In this document: positions 51,536 through 64,000 of the stretch, piece after piece | Position numbering within the stretch: the stretch's first letter is position 1 | Layout of the letters: each line of letters starts with the position of its first letter | DNA from: Lama guanicoe | Lineage: Eukaryota | NCBI GenBank assembly: GCA_013239625.1 | Contig: MU054187.1 | Span: forward strand, 18,220,711 to 18,284,710 | Length of the DNA: 64,000 nucleotides | Direction: 5' to 3' | The notes under the pieces: model-generated | The model's input: only the letters and a program-made list of their open reading frames with translations | What the model was told of the DNA's origin: nothing | The model's database searches: none | Made by a program: the position numbers and the translations under genes

Positions 51536-53799
51536 AAATCCTCCAACTCACTTGAAAGGATATTTTATTTATATAAATATATAAATATATATATACACAC
51601 AGACACACAAAACATCTGGCACAAAGCCAGAAACACTGAAAATGCTCACTGTAAACTTGATGACTGAAAAGAATACTCATTAAAAACTGTCAGTAACTAT
51701 TTTAGCTACCCTCAAATATTATGCAGTTATGAAGCATTTACTAGTCTGTACAGATACATAGTATGAACAAAAGTGTAAGACACTGTAACTTCAATTTCTA
51801 AAAGCACCATTTACACACAGAAATCCCTGTTAGATATAATTTATGTTTATCTGTGTATTAAAATTTGACTTATTTAACATTTAAAAAATACATCTCTGTA
51901 ATCCATAACCTGCATTATATGGTGAGCTGTTTTATTGTTGTCATCACTAGTATTACTATGCTTTTGAACTAGCTGTGCTTTCTCCCCACTCACTGAGAAA
52001 ATCAAAATGTACATAGTTACACTTCTGTCCAGTGAACACTTAACGAGTCAGTTTCTAAATTGTTTACTTCTTACAATGAAGCTTATTCCACCAACCCAAA
52101 CTAAAGACTTCCCTCTCTTCCCTCAACCTACCCCCAGCCCCCATTCCAGCATTTATTTAGCATATACATTATCAACACAGTGTCAGTCTGGATGGGTCAT
52201 CTTAAAATCCTTCTAAAGGTGCAGTGAAACATCAGCCTTTATTTTATTCTAATAGCCTATCGTCTTTAAAAAAAAAATTAAAGCTACACTCCCTTCCCTA
52301 AGCTGCTATTAATAAGCCAAAAGAGTTTATAAATCAGCTACTGTCCATATACTAGCTGTCATCTTACTATAATTATTCCTATTCAAGCATAGTTTCTTTA
52401 TTAAAAAACAACTTTAGTACGTCGGATCTTGGGTCTTCCCATTTGATTTATATGGTAGATTTTTTACGACGGCAATTTTACCAAATCTCTGGAATGTGAT
52501 ATGGTATAATAAAACTTTGACTTGAGATGTTAACGAGGTGATAAAAGTGCTACATAAGACTCATTTGTAGCGTGTAAACTTCTAGCTCTACGTTAATGCC
52601 CTGTAATTAGAGGGAAATACAATACTCAAGCCTATGCCTTGAGGGAAAAAAAGGCAGAAGATCCAAGAAATTTGCCTTTTCATTAGTCCAGCAGCCTAAG
52701 CAGGATGACCTAAGATGGGGACCCTCCAAGCAGAAATCGCCAACAAACCATCACTCCTCCTGGAGAATAAGGATTTCCTATTCCTCTGTCAGGACCCGTA
52801 ATCCTGGGAAAGGACAGATCGCAACAACTCTTACAACAGGTCTGCATCTGACACAAAATGCCTATAAATTTTCCATCTATAAATGTCCCTTTCCTTGCCA
52901 ACCCTTGTCTTTGCTTCCACATTTTAAAAGATGTTTGCTTACTGTGCCTCTGACCTGAACTCCTCTCTTAAATCCTGACAGCAACAGCAGCATCCTTTGA
53001 AAGAGAGACTCCAAAGAGAATGTTACTTCGCTTAAAGGAGAGTTGAAAGGATGCAAGTTTTGCATTCTTTTCTTACAATAGAAGAAGCTGTCTTGGGGAG
53101 AATATTTCTATGTCAGAGCTTGGATGCACCGATCACTAGGGAGAATGTACACCTCACTGAAAGTCCCTACTGTCTCTCCTTAAGTGAACTTGTAGTTGAA
53201 TTCCAGTCTTCTCTTTGTTTTTCTAGCCTGGAAAATCTCTCTTCCCTACTCCTTCAATATCTGTGCCATACTTCAGTATCTGTGACATGTAGTGAGCGTG
53301 AGTAATACTCAAAAATAAGAACTAGACTCCAAGTTTTATTTTTCCACGTATGCGTTATCTTGAAATGAGTCATTCACCGATATATTACAGAGTACTTAAC
53401 AACTTGGTTTCCTTGAAAAACATCAAGATGCTCTTCAGCCAACTGGATGGAATCTGTTATTTACTACTTGCTAAAGCCAGTAAATACAGTTCACCAAACT
53501 AAGTTCTAATGTTGAAGAGTTCCAGCAAAAACAGTCCATGCAAAGGAAAAACTATACTAACCCCAGACTATTTTCCACAAGTGCCAGAAGAATGACTGGT
53601 TACAAATTAGGGAGTTGGGGAGATAAGCACCTGGAAATACTCATATGTATCCAAGTACCAAAGTCTCTAAGATCTCTTCTCTAAAGTTCAGTCCATTTCA
53701 AAGTGTAATGAGGACTCTTCCACTGGCTTATTAAACTGAATAACCTATACATTTTTAAGGTGAGAAAGCACTTAAAAAATCATCCTAAACAAAGTTGAA

Positions 53800-54170
53800 A
53801 GACAAGACACTAATGAAAAACAAATTCACAATATGTGTGATGGAGAAAGAGGACATAGTCTTTACTACATAAAGAGAACAGACGGATAATAGAAAAGATA
53901 CATAAACTCTCATTAAAATAGGCAATGAATGCGACAATCAACCTCAAAAGAAAAATCAAGATGTTAAAAGGAAACTTGATCACAATACTAATCAAAGAAT
54001 TAAAAATAGAAATAACAATGATAATAATAATAATATACTTTTCTCACTTACCAAAGTGATGGAAAATATTTTCCAGTGATAATATCCAATGTTGGAAAGG
54101 GTTTAGGAAGGAAGGTACTTTCATATGTTGCTGGTTGCAATCAAATTACTCTTCTTAGAATACAGTGCAT
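53800..54170 (+). mobile_element. Ancient L1ME fragment
   Basis: gataatatccaatgttggaaagggtttaggaaggaaggtactttcatatgttgctgg. Confidence 0.6.
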
Positions 54171-55744
54171 ATTTATATTATATGTATATTAACTTAAATA
54201 TATTTATTTTTAAAGGTATATATATTTTAATTAAAGTATAGTCGATTTACAATGTTGTATTCCTTTCTGTTGTACAACTGTTTTTAAAGACATATGCATT
54301 ATATTTCAAGATATGTACATATTTATATCATGTATTATGTTTTTATTAAAACATTATGTATCATATGGATTATTTACATATGTATTTTAAAGCAAGCATA
54401 AACATTAAAAGCATATTTATTTATTGTGTATTATATATATGTATATAAATGAATTTATATACTACATGGTTATTTTTAAAGGCATATTTCTATTCTCTAC
54501 TATTTTCTAACAAATTAACTGAAGATATGTTAATTCAAGATTCTGGCTCTCCTAAATTGGAGGATTTTTGTGGCGCATAGACTACTTTGGGATTCTTCTC
54601 AGAATCTCTGATGCCATGGATGCTAACAGAGAATGACTAACAGACAGTGGACATCATTCTTCAACAAATCAATAAAACCAGGTGTATTCTCAAGCACAAC
54701 AAGTGCTCCCTCTATAGGCAGAGTAGATGACATTTTCTTCCAAATGAATTTTCTTAGTAAAGTAACTCTAACCATTCTGAAGAAGTCAACTTTGTAATTT
54801 CCCAAAAAGCCCAAAAAATGATATCAGCACATGCACAATATGTGAAAGTCCAAAAATGAGGTCACTAAGACACCTGTAGTTTTCACCCGGTGACATGTTG
54901 AAAGAAAATACATTCCTTCACTCCCCACTTCAGATTATTAGAAAAAATGTCAGCGATTCTGGAGTATATGACATCATTTAAAGAGACTAATTCTGTTCTC
55001 ATTCCGCTGCAAATTACAAATAAACTCCACCATTTCCAAGACAAATGTATTCACCAAAGTCACTCATTATGTAAGGCTTCTTTTACTTGACATTATAAAA
55101 AGCAATTTTGTAGGATGGATTGAGAAGACTGTGGATTGGAGAAAACTTTAGTCTTGGTAAAATTCCAGGCTTTAAATTCAACCCTCTTCAAAACACATTT
55201 TTTATCTGTGCTTTTGATTGACCAATATAAAGGGATCATTGATTCCAAGAGCTTTGTGCTTCTGTTGCATGAAGTCTTTACAGAAAAGAAGGTCTTTAGC
55301 ATTTCTGTCTCAACACAGGCAGTGATAAAAGTGACATCAATGAATTCACTAGCTAAATTATACGTTCTCTGCTTTGATATTTTCAAAATCACCTGAAGCC
55401 CAATACAAATAGATAGGTCTCTACAACTTAATGTCCAAATTACACTTTTTAAAATAGTATCGATGGGAAGCAGTCATAGACATAACATAGCGAAGTTGAT
55501 GACTAATGGATTTTGCTCATGTACTGAAGAATTCAATAACATACCCGGTTAGAGTTAAATTATAACTTAAGTAAGATATCATCTTAAAATTTTAACAAAG
55601 AAAAATATTTAAAAATTCCAGAAGAGAATAGGAAAATTTTTTCACCTAGTTCATTGTGTATCTGAACTTATCTTGGGACCCAATAGGAATCAATAAAGCC
55701 TACAGACTGAGGTCCAAACTCCTCATCACTTTACAATGACAATA

Positions 55745-56560
55745 ATTATCAAACATTTATTGAACACCTACTATGTGCCTGTGTCATCTTTGTGGTTACA
55801 AAATTGAATAAGACACAGCCTTTATCCTTCCAAGGTTTATAGTCAAGTAACAGAAATAAGTATATCAAGAGATAATTTTTATATAACATGGTAACCACTA
55901 GGATAAAGGTAAAGATAACATAGAAGCCTAGAAGAGAAATATTTATCCCTCAAGAAAGATATCCTTGAGGAGATGATGCCTCACTTTAATCTTAAAAATG
56001 AAAAGAACTGGGGCGGAGGGTGGGAAGGGATAGACTGGGATTTCAAAACTGTAGAAAAGATAAACAAGATTATACTGTATAGCACAGGGAAATATATATA
56101 AGATCTTATGGTAGCTCACAGAGAAAAAAATGTGACAATGAATATATATATGTTCATGTATAACTGAAAAATTGTGCTCTACACTGGAATTTGACACAAC
56201 GTTGTAAAATGATTATAAATCAATAAAAAATGTTAAAAAAAAGTTACTTAAGCATGGATTTAAAAGTAAAAAAAAAAGAAAAGAAAAGATCTTAGCCAGG
56301 AGGAAAAACATGTGAGGAAGGCATTCCAGCTAGAGCAAACATCCAGAGCACAGGCACAGAGGTATGAAATAGCAGAATATATACAAGAAATAATCAGAAT
56401 CTCAAAGAAGAGTAGGGAGGATGTTACAGATGAGAAATATTTGAAATCTAAAATCTGTAAAACTTGAAAATCAATTGGATACGGGCATGGGGAGAGAGGA
56501 AAGAGTCTAAATATCCAAGGTAAGATTCTGTCTTAACTTAAGGCTGATGCCATTAAATGA
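55745..56560 (-). mobile_element. L2 LINE interrupted by a young L1 tail
   Basis: aaacatttattgaacacctactatgtgcc...gaataagacacagcc...ggaaggcattccagctagagcaaacatcc. Confidence 0.75.
56008..56242 (+). mobile_element. Young camelid L1 3' end
   Basis: gggtgggaagggatagactgggatttcaaaactgtag...gtatagcacagggaaatat...gtataactgaaaaattgtgctctacactggaatttgacacaacgttgtaaaatgattataaatcaataaaaaatgttaaaaaaaa. Confidence 0.9.
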
Positions 56561-57269
56561 GATTAGAATCAAATCACGCTTGCTTTATCTTCCACTGCCA
56601 CCCCTTCAATGTGCACACTCACACAGAAAACCTAATCTATAGTGAAGTACAGTTTTGCCCCTATACAGAGTATACCCATATTGGCCTATCAGAACCACTG
56701 CATTCCACCTATCCATTTTTCAAGGCCCAGCTTATGTTCTGACTTTCTCATTGAAGGCTTTCCTGACCATCACCACTTACAAGACTTCTTTGATCTCTCC
56801 TTACTCTGAGCAAGCAAATTACCCAATGGCTAAATCCACACATTTCAGAGGTTGGTCACAGATGATTCTTTCATTATCTCATATCAGTTTGGGAGGAGGG
56901 GGGTTTAGAATAAAAATAGTTTTATTATTGAGTTTAATTGAGTTTTTTTAATAATTACTTTTTATGAATTAAATTCTTCAAATATGAAGCATATGAAGAA
57001 AACATGAAAAATTACCCAAAATACTATCATCATAGGGAATCATTGTTGTAGAGTTTAGTGTGTGTACTTTCATACATATTTCAATGCATATACATTTTTA
57101 TATAAACAGGAGGAAACCCTGATAACCCCTTTAACAAACTCTTTCTTTCTTTCCACAACGTGGCACATTAATTCTTTAGCTATATACCATTTTATGTTAA
57201 AGCTGCAGAGTATTCCATTTTATAATGTGCCCTATTTTATTTTCTTTGCATTTATATTGACATTCTTTC

Positions 57270-57965
57270 TATAGTATCTCAGGTTTAGGTAATTAATATT
57301 TCTTATTTTCTAATATATGCATTTAAGGCCACACATTTCCCTTCAAACACTGCTTTAGTGGCATCACAAGTTTTGACATGTGTCTTCCTTTATTCAGTCC
57401 AAAAGATTTTATAAAATCCATTATGATTTCTTCTTTGACCCATCATTCATTTAAAAGTGTATTGATTAAATTCCAAACACAGGGAGATTTCCTGAGTGTC
57501 TGTTGTAATTTATTTCTGAGATCCAAGAACATGTTCTGTATAATCAAAATTTTTTGAAATTTGTTAAAACTCGCTTTATGGGCAGCACATAAAAGCTTGG
57601 TAAATATTCCACATGTACTTGAAGAGAATATGTATATGTCAGTTGGTGAGTGCAACATCAGCTAAACGTGAATTAGGTGCAGTCTGTACTTGATGTCAAA
57701 CTCTTTTACACCCTGACATTTATTGTCTGCCTTATCTATCAGTTAGCAAGACAATTGTTTCAAATCTCCTACTCTGATTGTGAACTGGTCTATTTTTCTT
57801 TTCAGTTAGGTCACTTTTTGCTTTCTATATTCTGAAGCCATCTTTAGAAACATGCAAGTTTAGAATAGCTATACTTTTCTGGCAACTTGAAACTTTTATC
57901 ATTATGAAACGTCTATGTCCTTAATAATGTTTTTTTTTTTGCATTACTTTCTAATTTGTCAGATA
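57270..57965 (-). mobile_element. L1M ORF2 endonuclease remnant
   Basis: ORF 57443-57658 LHSPTDIYIFSSSTCGIFTKL..HKASFNKFQKILIIQNMFLD..WNLINTLLN parallels L1 ORF2p LHPxxxEYTFFSSAHGTFSKIDHxLGHKxSLNKFKKIEII..WKLNNTLLN. Confidence 0.85.
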
Positions 57966-60539
57966 CTTTTTATTTTTCAGCTCCCTGACAAAATTCTCAA
58001 TTCTACTTTTAATAGTAGAGAAAGCCCATTTTTTCTTAGGGATTGAAACTTGACCTTTTTCTGTGCTAAATTCTCTAACATACTTTGTTCTACTTCTGTA
58101 GTTTATTTGGCTCTATCGGCCTATCTTCTCCTGGGCCATCACCGCATTATTTTAATTAATAGAATTTGGTACTGTTGCTTACTAATTGTTTCACTTGTAT
58201 GTGCCCTTTATTCCCAACCAGACTCTCACGTCCTTGAAATCAGAGACTAGGCCTTACATCTGTGCCTGTTTCTGTGTTAATTATCAAAAGCACTCAAAAC
58301 AGTATTACACGTTCATCAAACTAAACTGCATTCATCTGAACTTGATCTCAGAGTCTCATAAGAATCTATGTTTATGAAGAAGCTTTCAGATCTTTGCTCC
58401 ATGGAGAACACTGAAAATATCCCTGGAACCATCTCAGAGGATCATAGAGTGAGATGATCTATTGTCCTTTGTTCCATCCGTAATTGCCCGAGAATCAAAA
58501 GTGTTAGTTGCCCTAAGTATGCAGGCTTTGTGAATCTGACTGCTTTCATCTGAAGTTATGATTACTATGGTTTAGAAATCACTTTATTACTCTTCAGTGA
58601 AACAGAGAAAAATATTTTCACCCTGGGCATGTGCTTAGGAAAAGGCCTCGGGCTGTGGTCTAGCAAACGTGGGCTTTGATATATAAGACCTGATACGGAT
58701 TTTGATTTTGTCACCAACTGGCTCTGTGCTTGACATGTAATAGGCACACATAAAATATATTGATTAATAAAGAATTAATGAATAAAGAGATATTTAAGTT
58801 TTTCTAATGATAATATGGGTTACTGATGGCAATAACCTCTCATGGTGTAAGCCATTTCAGGACCAATGTATTCCATCTTTCTTGGCATCAGACTTCTTAT
58901 GAGCAGCTGTTTCATGGAGAACTCTCAGATGATGGAAGCAAAAGCTTCCTTTAAACCATCTGAAAATCAAGTAGTCAGAACTTAAAAGTGAATTTTGTAT
59001 CCAAATACCTCTTTCCTGACTCACCCCGTGGTTTCTACAACCGCTGTGTAAGTTTGGAAGCTAGACGATTCCATGAGTCTCATTCCTTGGAAGTACACCT
59101 TCCCTCCTTTAATCAGAATAAGTTGTTTTCTAAGGAAGATTGATGCAATTGGCTCAGTGTTCTGTGAAAACTTTGGTGATTTTTCCACAGTTCCATGCAG
59201 GAATGGAAGCTGAGTAGTGTATGTAATATTTGGGACCAGGGTAGGATGGGTGTGTTGACAAGAGGCCTGGCTCTGGAGAAAAATCTAGGTTGAGAGAAAT
59301 GTGCAAGATGAACTGGATAAGAAATAGGTAGGACTCATTGAGGACACTCAGATTTTGATGATGAGAACTGGACCTAGGGCAATAGCACAAATTTTAATAA
59401 GAAAAATACGAAAGAATATAGGATTTAGCAAGTAATTGGAGGTGCAAAGGAATTGAATTAAACTGAACTAAAGGCAAATAGAATTAAAAGGCAAAAGACT
59501 CAAATTTGCCTCTGTGATTCACCTTGGAAGGAATAGTAATGAATGATACACCATTAATTTAAAACAAAGTTCTCATAGCTGCTAAGTCCAGTTAAAAGAC
59601 ATAAGTCTACTTTGTGAGATGAGCTGGACTGAAATGAAGAGAGAAGATGGTACTAGGACCCTAGGAAGAGAAGGATGACAGGTCAGGGAGAGTGATCTAT
59701 GAGAGAAACAAGAAAAGAAAGGAGTGATGGTGGAAACCCAACTGAAATTAGATGTCATAAATCTTCAGCGTAATAAATCATTTCACCACTAAATGACTTT
59801 TTCAGCAACATTCTGTGAGCTAAATGCAAAAGCAGATAAAGCAAATCCAAGAAATGATACCACAGAAAGGCAAAGAGGTAAATAAATCCATGTGCCAAAA
59901 TGTTTTCCAGATAGTAGCTCATTTATTACTCACCGAAGGCTGTGTAGTAGATCTGCATTGGTCAGACCTCCTAGAACTTTCCGTATGCTCCTCCTCAAAA
60001 GTTTGCTGGGCATAATCTGGAATTTGCCCCTGGACACAGAGGCTCAGGTGAGACGGAAGAAAGAGGCAGGTTGCTCCGGACTGGCAGGTGGCAGGGGGGA
60101 TCGACCCACATGCCTTGTCTTGGGCAGCCTCAAGACAAGTAGATTTCTGACCCACTTCCAAATCTTGTAAGTTTACAGAGAGGCTTTAAAACGTTCAGTC
60201 ACATACATAGTCCAGATGGTTGCAACACCACATTACTATCTCAAGGCTGTGTCCTTGGGTAGCTCCTAGCTCAGGAAAGGCAAGTGGAGCACACATTCCA
60301 AGGATGGGGGAAGGGGTGGAGTGAGCAGCCTTCCAATGCCAGGTCCAGCCCACAGGTCAAACCAGTGGTCACGTCTTCTTGACGAACTTCCCTATCACAC
60401 GCCTACAAACATGTCATCATTTTACAGTTACAAGATGACTGGGCATGCTTGGTGACTGCTCATTATGGTGCTTGGTTAAAAATATTTCCCTTGTGATTGC
60501 AACCACAAACAACAACTTCAAGACGATTTATAGGTTCAA

Positions 60540-60730
60540 TAATATTCACCAGAACTTCAACTCAGTCCATTGAGAATTCACTTCATCTTGTGAAATAGGT
60601 TTTTATTTTGTTTCCATTGTGCAAAAAAAGAAGCTGAAAAACCAAAGAAGTGAACTAAGGTCACTCAGCTACCTCGTGGTGGAAGAAGACAGAGACTCAG
60701 ACCTTCTGCCTCTTACTCTCTCTACTGCAC
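60540..60730 (-). mobile_element. MIR/MIR3 fragment
   Basis: tgaaataggtttttattttgtttccattgtgcaaaaaaagaagctgaaa...ctaaggtcactcagctacctcgtggtgg. Confidence 0.6.
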
Positions 60731-63019
60731 CAACCTATGCAAAGGGGACAAAGGAGGAGAGAGAAAATGCTTGTTCCTGAAAAAAGTGACTAAGATGTAG
60801 CAACTGTAACCAAAAAAAAAATGTCAGCTCAGTGTCAGATAAAAACAAGTCGGCAATCTATGCGATGGAGCTGGGTTGGTAATGACAAAATCCAGGATGT
60901 GAGAGTAATAAGAATAGTGTTAGGAAGTGGAAGTTAAGGTCACCGGTAGTATGCTGAGTAAGGAACTTTGGTTTGGCATCTTATGTTCAATGTGAATATT
61001 TAAGTTGCTAATTGCTTAGTGGGAGATAAGAAATAGGAAGAGAGTAATGTGAACAGTAGAATGGACCCAATGTCCAAATGAAGCAAAGGCAGGACATAGT
61101 TGAAATGTAAAAGGCACTGAATTGCTGAGAACAGGTGGAGCCTTTCTGAGTTCACAAAAATCACAAAAGAAGGCAACAGTCTATCATCTATATCCACATC
61201 CAAATCTACATCTATAGTGCCATTTGAGGAAGCCACATTTCCATTGAAAGAGTAAAGAAAGTCTCGAGGAAAATCTCTAGCAGTGAACTAAAGCTTACAT
61301 TAAAAAAATAATAATAAAAAAAATAAAACACAAGAGAGGATAGTTAAGGGCCAGGCATGGGTAGGCTGAACTTGAAGGAGTTTTGAGGTGTGCAGAAAGC
61401 AGGAAAAGAGAGGATGAACCAGAGACAGAAATGAGTGATCTCAGAGCTCGGGGAAATACAGAGGGAAAAAATGAGTATTTTTGTAGTATTTGAATTCCAA
61501 AGTAGACTATCACAAGAGTAGAGTTAGTCAGAGACTCTCACAAAATTTCACATAAGGTATTTTCTGACTTTAATGAGCTCTCTCTGGTCGTGTACTTTGT
61601 ACTTTATAGCAAGATCAAGCATTTTCCCCTGCCCTGTCTTGTTCTTAGCTATATCTCAAATTAGAAGCAAGGTATGTGCTTACCAGAAACAGGGGATACA
61701 TGAAACCCAGTCCATGAATTTTTTATAGGCAGAGAAGAATTAAAAGATTAGATTAAATTCAGAGCAATAACTGAAGCACTGCTCAGAATTAATGTGCCTC
61801 ATTACTTGAGTGAAGTTTTCAAGAGTAAATACTGCTCATTTCACAGTCAGAGCACTGAACTGGTGATACGTTTCCAGTTTGTTCAAGCCATCCACTAGCA
61901 CTTGAATACGATCTTTCATAATTATGATAAAATATTCTAGGATGGAAACTATGTTTGGCCATTTATGCAAACTTTCATTTTGTGCAAATTAATACAATTC
62001 ATGACCTGTTGTGCCTCAGGGCTTGAATATTTAAATGATATTTAATATAATCTTTCCTAATGGATAAAACCATTTTGAAAAAAAAAGGCAAGATTTGAAT
62101 GATATTAAGACAACATTTACTTAACTTTATATTTGCTTAATGCTTAGAATAAATGTTTCAATTTATTTTATAACCGTCCATTCTTTTCCTCTGTGCTATT
62201 TTTTTATCCTTGGGATATTTGTCATTTGGATTTCTCTGTGTTTTAAAAATCATACATCATTTTTTCCTAGCTATGGTAGGTCATTTGCAGAGATGACCTT
62301 CTGCATACATGCGCTATCAAAAGGTGATCTGGGATAATATCTAGGAAGGAAGAACCAAGTGTTGCACTTAGTGGGGGACCCTCCCCAAGTAGCCTGAGGA
62401 CCATACAGATGAATGCGACAGAATAAGGTGGCTCAGAAAGGATGCTAACAGCAGGCATTGCCTAGTTCTTAGTTTACCCTGGGATAAGCTCAACAAATGG
62501 TACTAAATCAAAAAGGTTCAATGGGTTCATTTTATTCATGAATAATGGGACAGATTAGGAAGAAAAAGAATAAAACAAGATATACTTCGGAATAATGCAC
62601 TTGAGTGGATATTTGACTTTTTTTTAGGCACTATTTCTCTGTATCTTTTTCCATTTGAAAATCAGGTTATTTCTATTTTTTCATATTTGGAAGCATCGAC
62701 CTGTAATAGCAGAGTCAGAGGAGGAATCTCACAGAGACGTTAAAAAAAACAAGTGACTCCTTCTAATTGCCTTGCAGATGTAGCTTATATGAATAATTAT
62801 TCATAATCTTTTTTGATTCTGTAGTGTAATAAAGGTCTTTTTTTCTCTTGGTGGCAATGAAATAAGTTCATTCATTGAGGCGACAATGAAAACGTGAAAA
62901 ATGATGGGCTCGTGCACTAGAAGAAAAAGAGTTTGAATATTTAAAATACTACATAATAAAAGCAAAGTTTTTCTCATGTCAAGCTCTCAGAAATGTTATG
63001 TGAAGGTGAATCCTGTGCA

Positions 63020-63250
63020 CTTGTTTTTTTTTTATTTTAATCATATATTTTATTTAACCCGATAGATCCAAAATATTATCATTTCAATATGCAATCAATT
63101 TTTAAAATTATTAAGGAGATAGTTTACATTCTTTTTTCATACTTAGTCTTTGAAATTTAGTGTGTATACACTTGCCTCATATCTCAGATTGGCTTAGCCA
63201 CATTTCCAGTGCTCAGTAGCTACAGGGGGGCTAGCAAATTGAACAGGTTT
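63020..63250. mobile_element. hAT-Charlie MITE (MER33-like)
   Basis: tatattttatttaacccgatagatccaaaatattatcatttcaatatgcaatcaa...tagccacatttccagtgctcagtagctac. Confidence 0.8.
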
Positions 63251-63509
63251 AGAATATGTGTATTCTTAGGAGAAGACAACAGTTTAGCAAAGAGGTTAAG
63301 ACAATTTACATAATAAAGAGCTCAGATGTGTAGGAAACAGGGACTAGGAAATAAAATCTCTGAACTTGAGAGTGAAAGCGGGGTGGGGTGGGGAAGGGAC
63401 AGTGGGCTCTGTGAAGATTAGGTACTGGGCTGTCAAGCTGAACTGAGCAGTTCAATGGGAGAAAAGGAGGATTTAAAGAAGTTTGGAGGTAGTCGCTTCT
63501 TGGTCTTTT

Positions 63510-63990
63510 GGCTAAGATCAAGTGTAGTATCGGTTCTTGTCAGTTTAATATCGTCTCTCTTAGCAACTTTCAAAAATACGGTACACTCTTGTTAACTACA
63601 GTCACCATGCTGTACATTCTGTCCCCGGAACTCACTCATCTTACAATTGGGAGTTTTTACCCTTTGACTGCCTTCCCCCATTTTCCCCTCTCACCTCTTA
63701 CCTGGCGACCACCAATTGGTTCTGTTTTTGAGTTGTAGTTTTTTTTTAGATTCCACATATAAGTGAGCTCAGACAGTATTTGTCTTTCTCTGCCTGACTT
63801 ATTTTATTTAACATAATGTCCTCAAGGCTCATCTGTGTTGTTGCAAATGGCAGGATTTCCTTCCTTTTTATGGCTGAACAATACCCTATTCATTATTTAT
63901 ATGTACGTATATGTACAACTGAATCACTTTGCTGTACACCTGAAACTAACATTGTAAATCAGCTCTACTTCAATAAAAATTTCAAATATA
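63510..63990 (-). mobile_element. L1MA-class 3' end (-) with a nested artiodactyl L1 tail (+, ~63893-63985)
   Basis: agtcaccatgctgtacatt...agattccacatataagtgag...tgttgttgcaaatggcaggatttccttcc; then tgtacaactgaatcactttgctgtacacctgaaactaac. Confidence 0.85.
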
Positions 63991-64000
63991 TATATACTCT

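Noticed and set aside
55093..55396. Overlapping 99-aa and 86-aa ORFs on opposite strands
   Set aside because: No recognisable domain; consistent with chance.
23872..58970. Putative terminal or internal exons (GFMRKGSYNSQK*, YENYEELK*, ECRDIGHANESINFVSR, GDFENIKAENV*, DESSQIHKAC...MIL*)
   Set aside because: Each rests on a single AG or a weak GT, none matches a protein I recognise, and they do not assemble into a consistent gene.
1..64000. Most ORFs in the six-frame track treated as genes
   Set aside because: All are 60-139 aa, many start at GTG/TTG, and many overlap repeats; that is the expected background in AT-rich mammalian DNA.
39000..64000. ANKS1B as host gene (GARIN6 lies in an ANKS1B intron in human)
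   Set aside because: I found no ANKS1B exon, and the C-terminal TFEAH tail points to GARIN3/4 rather than GARIN6.

Overview
Eukaryotic, AT-rich, repeat-dense mammalian DNA. It is almost certainly from a camelid (camel, alpaca or llama), because it carries several tRNA-derived Vic-1-type SINEs with target-site duplications plus camelid/artiodactyl L1 tails, and I saw no Alu, Bov-tA/BovB or PRE-1 elements. I found no intact, recognisable protein-coding gene, so the window reads as intergenic or deep-intronic. Most listed ORFs are chance ORFs or decayed LINE/ERV pieces. The one clear gene relic is an intronless, multiply disabled GARIN/FAM71 (FAM71A/B-like) pseudogene at ~39.3-40.2 kb on the + strand. 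It keeps the N-terminal DUF3699 domain and the C-terminal TFEAH tail but has lost the middle. Other notable structures: a decayed ERVL gag-protease segment (~28.0-29.3 kb, - strand), a twin-primed L1 with a 5' inversion (~31.5-32.4 kb), a nested L1/MLT/SINE stack with a deletion junction (~48.3-51.5 kb), an internally deleted Tigger1, and three CpG- or motif-rich candidate regulatory spots (~9.8, ~16.3 and ~45.3-46 kb). Repeat subfamily names come from recalled consensus sequences and need RepeatMasker/Dfam confirmation. I see no convincing evidence for a novel biological system.
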